Of a stretch of DNA of 64,000 bases, positions 56,985-64,000 are shown piece after piece. The stretch covers positions 480,001 to 544,000 of the forward strand of contig CAWGVS010000005.1 in assembly GCA_963826115.1 (NCBI GenBank), read 5' to 3'. Made by a program: the position numbers and the translations under genes. The notes under the pieces are model-generated. The model was not told the DNA's origin. It made no database searches and saw only the letters and a program-made list of their open reading frames with translations. Each line of letters begins with the position of its first letter. The first letter of the stretch is position 1. The stretch is from an uncultured Candidatus Rokubacteria bacterium (GTDB taxonomy: Bacteria > Methylomirabilota > Methylomirabilia > Rokubacteriales > DASRDR01).

Positions 56985-57776
56985 CTAGCCGCGGGCGAGC
57001 AAGAGGAGCAGCACGCCCAGCGCGATCCGGTAGACGACGAAGACGAGGAGCGTGCGGCGCTGCAGGTAGCCGACGAGGAACCAGATGGCGCCGAGGCCGG
57101 CCGCGAACGACGTGCCGACGCCGATCGCCAGCATGCCGAGCCCGTGGCCTGACATCCCCGCGCGGAGCAGCGGAGCGATCTCCAGCAGCCCGGCGGCCAC
57201 CGTGACCGGCAGGCCCAGCAGGAACGCGAAGCGGGCGGCGGTCGCGCGGTCGAGCCCGGCGAGGAGCCCGGCCGAGATGGTGATGCCGGACCGCGACACC
57301 CCGGGGATGAGGGCGAGCGGCTGGGCCAGTCCCACCGCCAACCCCCTGGGCACGCCCACCGTCCGGATGTCGCTCACCGGGTTCCGGTCCGCGCGGCGAT
57401 CCGCCCACCAGAGGACGAGCGCCCCGAGGATGGTGGACACCGCGACCACGGTGGTCGAGCGGAGAGCGGACTCGAGGTGCTCGAGGGCGAGGCCGGCAAG
57501 GCCCGCGGGGATGGTGCCGAGCGCCACTGCCAGCGCGAGGCGCCGGTCGGCCGGCCGGCCGATCAGGACTCCCTCGCCGAGCCGCCAGAGCTCGCCGGCG
57601 AAGTAGATCAGCAGGGCGAACACCGTTCCCAGGTGGATCGAGGCGTCGAACGCGAGGCCCTGATCGGGCCAGCCGAGGAGCCGCGGGACCAGGATCAGGT
57701 GGCCCGACGAGGAGACCGGCAGGAACTCCGTGGCCCCCTGGACCAGTCCGAGTACGACAGCCTGGAGCGGCGTCAT
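56985..57776 (-). CDS. uppP: Undecaprenyl-diphosphate phosphatase
   Basis: LGLVQGATEFLPVSSSGH, IPGVSRSG, YRI. Confidence 0.95.
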   Translation of the reverse strand: MTPLQAVVLGLVQGATEFLPVSSSGHLILVPRLLGWPDQGLAFDASIHLGTVFALLIYFAGELWRLGEGVLIGRPADRRLALAVALGTIPAGLAGLALEHLESALRSTTVVAVSTILGALVLWWADRRADRNPVSDIRTVGVPRGLAVGLAQPLALIPGVSRSGITISAGLLAGLDRATAARFAFLLGLPVTVAAGLLEIAPLLRAGMSGHGLGMLAIGVGTSFAAGLGAIWFLVGYLQRRTLLVFVVYRIALGVLLLLLARG

Positions 57777-57797
57777 GGGGTCGGGACGGCCCCGCCG

Positions 57798-58622
57798 CTA
57801 CCCGACGACGTCCTCGCCTCCATCGACGCCGAGGACGTTCCCGGTCATCCAGTAGGTCGAGGAGTGGGAGAAGGCGACGATCGCCCGCGCCACGTCGTCG
57901 GTGGTCGTGAGGCGACCGCCGGGGTTCCGGGCGAGGGCGCCCGCCTTGATCCGGTCGGCGCCGGGAATCTTCTGGAGCGCGGGCGTGTCCGTCACGCCCG
58001 CCCGCACGGCGTTCACCGTGATCCCGCGGGTCGCCAGCTCCATCGCAAGCTGGCGGACGTGGGACTCGAGCGCCGCCTTGGCGCCGGAGACCGGCCCGTA
58101 GTTCGGCAGGACGCGGGTCCCGCCGCCGCTCGTCATGGCGAAGACGCGCCCGCCGGCGCCCATCAGGCCCCGGGCGACGACGTCCTGCGTCCAGTAGACG
58201 AGGCTGTGGGCCATGACGTCGAGCGTCATGTCCATCTGGTCCTTGGACACCGCGTCGCGCGGGTTGTCGGCCACGAAAAGCCGGAGCGTGCCGAAGGCCA
58301 GCGAGTGGAGGAGCACGCGGAGCTGCCCCGCCTCGCCGCGGCTCTCCAGCTCCTTCCCGACCGCGTCGAGCACCTCGGCGCGCCGGGTGGCGTCCGCCGC
58401 GTTGACGTTGAAGAAGAGGGCCTGGCCGCCGCGCCGCTGCACCTCGGCGGCGATCCGCTCGGCGTTCGGCAAGGTCGCCTTGCGGTCCAGGTGGACCCCG
58501 GCGATCGACATGCCCGCGTCGGCGAGCGCGAGCGCGGTAGCCTCGCCGAACCCGGAGGACGCGCCGAGGATCAGCGCCCAACCGGACAGGCGGATGGGAG
58601 AATCCTGGGGCCCCTGGGTCAT
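57798..58622 (-). CDS. SDR oxidoreductase, enoyl-ACP reductase (FabL/FabI-like)
   Basis: GASSGFG, HSLAFG, Y-x6-K (YGPVSGAK), TDTPAL, VDGG. Confidence 0.82.
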   Translation of the reverse strand: MTQGPQDSPIRLSGWALILGASSGFGEATALALADAGMSIAGVHLDRKATLPNAERIAAEVQRRGGQALFFNVNAADATRRAEVLDAVGKELESRGEAGQLRVLLHSLAFGTLRLFVADNPRDAVSKDQMDMTLDVMAHSLVYWTQDVVARGLMGAGGRVFAMTSGGGTRVLPNYGPVSGAKAALESHVRQLAMELATRGITVNAVRAGVTDTPALQKIPGADRIKAGALARNPGGRLTTTDDVARAIVAFSHSSTYWMTGNVLGVDGGEDVVG

Positions 58623-58801
58623 CGGCTCGCCTCCGGCAGCTCGGGAGTGGACGTCACGGCGCCGGTATTCTAGCGCACGCGGCGCGCCGCTCACAGGCCG
58701 CCGACGCGGCTCGCGACCGCGCCGCGTTGAGCGGGACCGGCCCTCGTGTTACGCTCCGCGAAGATCGCGAGTCGCCCCGCCCCCATGATCCAGGAGGCTC
58801 C

Positions 58802-59971
58802 GTGAGCACGGTCAAGACCGAGATCCAGCGCGCCCTCGACGGCCTGTCCGGCGAGCTCGAGGCTCTGTCCCGGAAGATCCACGACCATCCGGAGCTCGGG
58901 TACCAGGAGGTGCAGGCCTGCGGCTGGCTCTGCGACTTCCTCGAGGGGAAGGGCTTCCACGTCGAGCGCGGGGTCGGCGGGGTCCCGACCGCCTTCCGGG
59001 CGACCGTGGAGGGCGCCGGGAAGGGACCGACGGTGGCGATCATGTGCGAGTACGACGCCCTCCCGAGCATCGGGCACGCCTGCGGACACAACATCATCGC
59101 GACGTCGGGCGCGGGCGCCGGGGCGGGTCTGGCGGCGGTGCGCTCGCGCCTCCCGGCGGGCCGGGTCCAGGTGATCGGCACGCCGGCGGAAGAGGGCGGC
59201 GGCGGGAAGGTGAAGCTCATCAGGGCCGGCGTGTTCGAGGGCGTCGACTGCGCGATGATGATCCACGGCTTCGACCGGACGATCCTCCACCAGGACCTCC
59301 TGGGGATCGTGCGGACCGACTTCGAGTACGCCGGGAAGGCCGCGCACGCCGCGGCCGACCCCTGGGTCGGGGTCAACGCCCTCGACGCCTGCATCCAGAC
59401 GTTCAACGCGGTGAGCATGCTGCGCCAGCAGGTGCGGCCGGATTGCCGGATCCACGGGATCATCGTGAACGGCGGCGCCGCGGCGAACATCATTCCCGAG
59501 TACGCGAAGGCGACGTTCTACGTCCGGGCTCCCCGGATCGACACCATGTGGGAGCTCCACCGCCGCGTGGTCGCGTGCGCCGAGGGCGCCGCGCGCGCGA
59601 CGGGCGCGACTCTCACCGTGACCAAGCACGAGATGGTGTACGAGCCGCTCAAGCGGAACCAGACCCTCCTCGACCTGTTCGCGGGGAACATGCGGGACGC
59701 CGGCCTGGTCGAGGGCGAGCCCATCCCCGATCGGCTGGGCTCCTCCGACGTCGGGAACGTGAGCCAGGTCCTGCCGGCCATCCAGCCCATGGTCGCCATC
59801 GCGCCGACCGGGATGGCCATCCACACCCGCGAGTTCGTCGACGCCGCCGTCAAACCGCTCGCGCACGCCGGCATGCTGGCCGCGGCGAAGACGATGGCGA
59901 TGACCACGTACGACCTCCTGGCCGACCCGGCGCGGGTCCGGGCGGCCCGGGCCGAGTTCGCCCGCGGCTAG
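58802..59971 (+). CDS. M20 family amidohydrolase (AbgB/PM20D2-like)
   Basis: HPELGYQE, EYDAL, HACGHN, GTPAEEGGGGK, GSSDVGNVS. Confidence 0.92.
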   Translation: MSTVKTEIQRALDGLSGELEALSRKIHDHPELGYQEVQACGWLCDFLEGKGFHVERGVGGVPTAFRATVEGAGKGPTVAIMCEYDALPSIGHACGHNIIATSGAGAGAGLAAVRSRLPAGRVQVIGTPAEEGGGGKVKLIRAGVFEGVDCAMMIHGFDRTILHQDLLGIVRTDFEYAGKAAHAAADPWVGVNALDACIQTFNAVSMLRQQVRPDCRIHGIIVNGGAAANIIPEYAKATFYVRAPRIDTMWELHRRVVACAEGAARATGATLTVTKHEMVYEPLKRNQTLLDLFAGNMRDAGLVEGEPIPDRLGSSDVGNVSQVLPAIQPMVAIAPTGMAIHTREFVDAAVKPLAHAGMLAAAKTMAMTTYDLLADPARVRAARAEFARG

Positions 59972-59995
59972 GTCGCGGGAAGGCCGGCGTCGCTG

Positions 59996-60724
59996 ATGGC
60001 GAAGACCGCCGGGATCGTCCTCATCGGCAACGAGATCCTGTCGGGGAAGGTCGCCGACCAGAACGCGCTCTACCTCTGCCGCGAGTTCCGCCAGCTGGGC
60101 GTCGACGTGCGGAAGATCGCGGTGGTGCCCGACGAGGTGGACCTGATCGCCCGGGAGGTCGCCGAGTTCTCCCGGTCCTACGACTGGGTGTTCACGTCCG
60201 GCGGGGTGGGGCCGACCCACGACGACGTCACGATCGAGGGGGTGGCCCGCGCCTTCGGGCGGCGGGTCGTGAAGGACCCGGGCCTCGTGACCGCGCTGGA
60301 GGAGGTGTACCAGTCGCGGATCAACGACGCGCGGCTCAAGATGGCCGAGATCCCGGAGGGCGCCCAGCTGCTCGCCTCCGACCACCTGGTCGTCCCGGTG
60401 GTGGTGGTCGAGAACGTCCACGTGTTCCCGGGGGTGCCCGAGATCTTCCGCCGCAAGTTCGACGCGATCAAGGAGCGGTTTCGCGAGAGCCCGTACCTCA
60501 TGCGCGTCGTCTTCTACGGGGTGGGGGAGGGCATCCTCGCCGAGCACCTGAACGCCATGCTGCGAGGCTTCCCGGAGCTCCTCTGCGGCTCGTACCCGGA
60601 GTTCACGAACCCGGAGTACAAGGTGCGCGTCACGCTCGAGTCGAAGGACCACGAGTACCTGGAGGCGGCCCTCCGGGACCTCCTGGGACGTCTCCCCACC
60701 GATGCCGTGATCCGCGTCCAGTAG
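59996..60724 (+). CDS. CinA-like molybdopterin-binding domain protein (no PncC domain)
   Basis: IGNEILSG, SGGVGPTHDDVT, PGVP, GSYP. Confidence 0.88.
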   Translation: MAKTAGIVLIGNEILSGKVADQNALYLCREFRQLGVDVRKIAVVPDEVDLIAREVAEFSRSYDWVFTSGGVGPTHDDVTIEGVARAFGRRVVKDPGLVTALEEVYQSRINDARLKMAEIPEGAQLLASDHLVVPVVVVENVHVFPGVPEIFRRKFDAIKERFRESPYLMRVVFYGVGEGILAEHLNAMLRGFPELLCGSYPEFTNPEYKVRVTLESKDHEYLEAALRDLLGRLPTDAVIRVQ

Positions 60725-60742
60725 CGCCTCGCGCCGGCCCCT

Positions 60743-61534
60743 TCACCGCTCCGGGAGGTGGGTCGCCAGGAACGCGGTCCACGCGTCCCAGTAGACTGCC
60801 CCGCCCACCTCGTAGGCGTCGTTGTGATGAGCGCCCGGGATTGTCACGAGGGTCTTGGGCTCGCCCGCGGCGTCGAAGACCGCCCGTCCCATCCGGTTTG
60901 GCACCACCTCGTCGGCCTCCCCGTGGAGGACGAGGAGCGGCGCCGTCGACCGCGCGATCGCGGCAAGCGTGTCGTAGCGCGTGCGGAAGAGCCAGCCCGC
61001 GCCCGGCACGGTCAGGCTGGCCATCGCGGGCACGGAGGTGAACGGCGCCTCGAGGACGAGGCCCGCCGGCGGGTCCTCCACCGCCAGCGCGGTCGCCACC
61101 GCACTGCCCAGCGAGGCGCCGAGGTAGATCACCGGGCCTGCGTCGCGCTCGCGGAGCCAGTCCCGCATCGCGCGGGCATCGACGTACGTGCCCGCCTCGT
61201 CGGGCGCGCCCGCGCTCCGGCCGTATCCGCGGTAGTCGAAGATGAGGATCGACAGCCCGAGCCGGTTGTGGAACGCCTCGAGCTTCGGCAGCCGGTTGGA
61301 GATGTTTCCGGCGTTGCCGTGACAGTAGAGCAGCGTGCCCGCGCGGGTGCCCGGCAGGAGCCAGCCGTGGATCTCCACGCCGTCGGCCGTCGTGACCTCC
61401 ACGTCCTCGAACGCGAGCCCGAAGGCGGTCGGCGTCCCCTCGAGCGTGCGGGACGGGTGGTAGATGAGCCCGCGCTCGAGCGCCGTGCCGCAGCCCGAGA
61501 GGAGCGTGAGCGCCGAGGCGAGGAGGGTCGGCAC
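60743..61534 (-). CDS. Alpha/beta hydrolase, probable lipoprotein
   Basis: LSGC lipobox, HGNAGNI, DYRGYG, GASLG, HGEADEVVP, HHND. Confidence 0.88.
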   Translation of the reverse strand: MPTLLASALTLLSGCGTALERGLIYHPSRTLEGTPTAFGLAFEDVEVTTADGVEIHGWLLPGTRAGTLLYCHGNAGNISNRLPKLEAFHNRLGLSILIFDYRGYGRSAGAPDEAGTYVDARAMRDWLRERDAGPVIYLGASLGSAVATALAVEDPPAGLVLEAPFTSVPAMASLTVPGAGWLFRTRYDTLAAIARSTAPLLVLHGEADEVVPNRMGRAVFDAAGEPKTLVTIPGAHHNDAYEVGGAVYWDAWTAFLATHLPER

Positions 61535-61551
61535 GACGCGGCCGCCTCGCG

Positions 61552-61971
61552 TCAGGCGACCTCCGGGGCGGGATCCCGCGGCGCCAGGATGTGGGAGGCG
61601 TGATGGTGGACGAGTCGCCAGCCTGCGGCGTGCCGTTCGAAGACGTTCGTCGCGAGGATGGCGGTGATCGAAAGGCTCCCGCGCGTCTCGGAGAGGATGT
61701 TCTCCGTGCAGTGGACGAAGGCGAGGTCTCCGCGGGCTTCCACCCGCACGTCGGTGATCGTGAAGCGCATCTCGCTCGTGCTCTGGAAGATGGCCGCCCA
61801 GGAGCGGCGGACCTCCTCCCACCCGTGGAGGCGGTTCCACCCGGGATGCACGCACGCGACGTGCTCGCCGTGGGCCCACACCCGGTCCATCTCGGCGAGG
61901 TCCAGGCTCTCGAAGGCCCGGTAGAAGCGCTCGTTCGCGTTCCGGATGGCCGCCCCCGGATCGTCGGTCAC
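61552..61971 (-). CDS. SnoaL/NTF2-like protein
   Basis: ANERFYRAFE, CVHPGW, ATNVF, LVHHHAS. Confidence 0.85.
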   Translation of the reverse strand: MTDDPGAAIRNANERFYRAFESLDLAEMDRVWAHGEHVACVHPGWNRLHGWEEVRRSWAAIFQSTSEMRFTITDVRVEARGDLAFVHCTENILSETRGSLSITAILATNVFERHAAGWRLVHHHASHILAPRDPAPEVA

Positions 61972-61983
61972 GTGGGGCTCACG

Positions 61984-62355
61984 TCAGCCGTCGGCGTCGC
62001 CGGCGTCCTCCGGTCGCGCTCTCACGATCACCCGGTCGCCCTCGAGCCGGACCGCGAGCGCCCAGAGGGCCGCGCCGCCGCACGGGCCTCCGGCACAGCG
62101 TCCGCTGTCGGGCTCGAAGAGGGCGCCGTGCGTGGCGCACACGAGCAGCCGGCCGTCGTCGGTGAAGAACTCGTTCGGCCACCAGTCGAGCGGGGTGCCG
62201 GCGTGGGCGCACCGGTTGACGTAGGCGTGGTACCGGCCGTCGAAGTTCACGACGAAGCCCTCGACCTGCGAGCCGCGCCAGCTCAGCGGAAACTTCATCG
62301 AGGTCCCGGGCGGGAGATCCGCGGCAGGAGCCGACCACTCCTCGGGGCCGCTCAT
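61984..62355 (-). CDS. Rieske [2Fe-2S] ferredoxin
   Basis: NRCAH, CATHGALF, GGPC. Confidence 0.9.
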   Translation of the reverse strand: MSGPEEWSAPAADLPPGTSMKFPLSWRGSQVEGFVVNFDGRYHAYVNRCAHAGTPLDWWPNEFFTDDGRLLVCATHGALFEPDSGRCAGGPCGGAALWALAVRLEGDRVIVRARPEDAGDADG

Positions 62356-62379
62356 GGCGCGTATGATACGATGAATCGC

Positions 62380-63327
62380 GTGACGACGACCGAGCCCGCG
62401 GTCGAAGTCCGCGATCTCCGCAAGACGTTTCGCACAGGATGGCCCCGGCCGCGGCTCCAGCCCGCGCTGCGTGGCGTCTCGTTCGTCGTCCCGCGCGGGG
62501 CGATCTTCGGCGTCCTCGGACCCAACGGCGCGGGCAAGACCACGCTGCTCTCGATCCTGGCGACGCTGCTGCTCCCGGACGGGGGCGCGGCGCGCGTGCT
62601 CGGGCTCGACGTGACGCGAGACGCACACCGTGTCCGCGAGCGCATCAACCTCTCCTCCGGGAGCGCGTCCTTCCTGTGGAGCCTCACGCCGCGCGAGATC
62701 CTCGACGTCGCGGCGCGGAGCTACGGGATCGCGGCGGCGGTCCGCCGCCCGCGGGTCGCGGCGCTGCTCGAGCAATTCGAGCTGTCGGCGCACGCCAGGG
62801 TGCCCTACAACGAGCTGTCGACGGGGCTCAAGCAACGCCTCGCCCTGGCCAAGGCGTTCGTCAACGATCCGGAGCTCCTGATCCTGGACGAGCCCACCGT
62901 GGGCCTGGACCCCGACATCGCGGCCCGCATCCGGGAGCAGATCGCGACGCTCCGGCGGTCCCGGCGCATGACGATCCTCCTGTCCACGCACTACATGCGA
63001 GAGGCGGAGCAGCTCTGCGACGAGGTCGTGTTCCTGCGCGAGGGCCAGATCCTCGCCGGCGGCGACCCCGGCACCCTGAAGCGCGAGGTGCTGCTCGGCG
63101 ACCGCGTCGAGCTCGCCCTGGAGGGGGATGCCTGGCGCGGTCTCGCCGGACTGCCCGGAGTGCTCGCCTGCACCACCCTGGACGGCCGCGTCCGGATCGT
63201 GGTGGACGACGCGCGGAAACGCCTCCCCGAGATCTTCCGCCACCTCCACGAGCGCGGGGCGCAAGTCAGCGACGTCGTGGTGACGGAGCCGACGCTCGAG
63301 TCGGTCTTCATCGAGCTCGCGCGATGA
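62380..63327 (+). CDS. ABC-2 type exporter ATP-binding protein (alternative start 62371)
   Basis: GPNGAGKTT, LSTG, LDEPTVGLD, THYM. Confidence 0.9.
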   Translation: MTTTEPAVEVRDLRKTFRTGWPRPRLQPALRGVSFVVPRGAIFGVLGPNGAGKTTLLSILATLLLPDGGAARVLGLDVTRDAHRVRERINLSSGSASFLWSLTPREILDVAARSYGIAAAVRRPRVAALLEQFELSAHARVPYNELSTGLKQRLALAKAFVNDPELLILDEPTVGLDPDIAARIREQIATLRRSRRMTILLSTHYMREAEQLCDEVVFLREGQILAGGDPGTLKREVLLGDRVELALEGDAWRGLAGLPGVLACTTLDGRVRIVVDDARKRLPEIFRHLHERGAQVSDVVVTEPTLESVFIELAR

Positions 63328-63998
63328 GCGGCGCGCCCGCGTCGTCCGTCGCGCTTCCGGGGGTCGCTTCCAGCCCGCTCCGGCGGGAGATGGTCAAGGT
63401 CTCCGCCTTCTTCCTTCGCAACTGGCGGATGACCTACCGCAACGCGTTCACGCTCTTCGAGATCGTCTTCTGGCCGGTGGTGAGCCTCCTGTCGGTGGGG
63501 CTCCTCACCACCTTCCTCCAGGCCGAGCCAGGCACGGTGGTGTTCGTCCTCGTGGGGACGTTCGCGCTCTCCACGGTGCAGGTGTGCCAGCTCGACGTCG
63601 CGTACGCCGCCCTGTTCGACATGTGGGCCAAGTCGATCAAGCACCAGCTGGTGGCGCCGATCCGGCCCTGGCACCTCGTGCTCGGGTCGTGGCTGATGGG
63701 CCTGGTCCGCGGGACGGCGGTGTTCCTTCTCCAGGCGGTCGTGAGCCACTGGGCGTTCGGCGTGAACGTGCTGGCCCACGGGCCCGCGCCCGCAGTGGCG
63801 CTGCTCGCCGGGCTCCTCCTGTCCGCGGCCGGCGTCGGGCTCGTCGTGTCGACGCTCCTCATGCTCTTCGGCCTGCGGGCGGAGGTGTCGGCGTGGTCGG
63901 GCGTGAGCTTGGTGCTCCTGGTGTGCGGCGTCTACTATCCGGTCTCGATGCTGCCCGCCCCGCTCCAGGTGGTGGCGGCCGGCGTGCCGCTGACCCAC
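63324..63998 (+). CDS. ABC-2 type permease, 3'-truncated by window edge
   Basis: ATGA coupling; RNWRMTYRN..EIVFWP, multiple TM helices, GVYYP; frame open to the window end. Confidence 0.8.
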   Translation, partial: MSGAPASSVALPGVASSPLRREMVKVSAFFLRNWRMTYRNAFTLFEIVFWPVVSLLSVGLLTTFLQAEPGTVVFVLVGTFALSTVQVCQLDVAYAALFDMWAKSIKHQLVAPIRPWHLVLGSWLMGLVRGTAVFLLQAVVSHWAFGVNVLAHGPAPAVALLAGLLLSAAGVGLVVSTLLMLFGLRAEVSAWSGVSLVLLVCGVYYPVSMLPAPLQVVAAGVPLTH

Positions 63999-64000
63999 GT

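Noticed and set aside
1-64000. tRNA, rRNA, IS elements, integrases, defence systems
   Set aside because: None recognised by eye. The intergenic gaps are short and show no cloverleaf or terminal-repeat patterns, though a covariance search was not possible.

Overview
Very GC-rich bacterial chromosomal segment (visually above 70% GC), densely coding, with about 75 genes. I recognised no rRNA, tRNA, CRISPR array, integrase or transposase. Gene content and an orphan ABC substrate-binding remnant suggest Ca. Rokubacteria / Methylomirabilota, but this is inference only. Recognisable modules: peptide ABC transporters (two ATPases at the left edge; dppA-dppB-dppC-dppA), murQ-anmK, futalosine menaquinone genes mqnEAC and mqnD, a MaoC pair followed by cis-prenyltransferase, glycosyltransferase and deacetylase genes, queG-pncA-def, mutY next to a UDG-Nudix fusion, ygfZ, thiG/thiO, tldDE, a divergent cbb3-type oxidase cluster, a sigma54 two-component locus, uppP and an SDR. 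The ORF track hides or misses several things. (1) A UGSC-type selenoprotein is split at an in-frame TGA (GIGD-U-GSC) with a SECIS-like hairpin, in an operon with an uncharacterised partner and a CDGSH Fe-S protein. (2) A rearranged cbb3 oxidase has CcoO fused to a dihaem module and is followed by four single-helix microproteins. (3) Five -24/-12 sigma54-like motifs at four loci precede orphan, mostly secreted or signalling genes. (4) Several genes have leaderless-type promoters. (5) There is a frameshifted TetR gene, a structured 5' leader with a terminator, and a divergent ThiG. All assignments come from manual motif reading; no searches were run.
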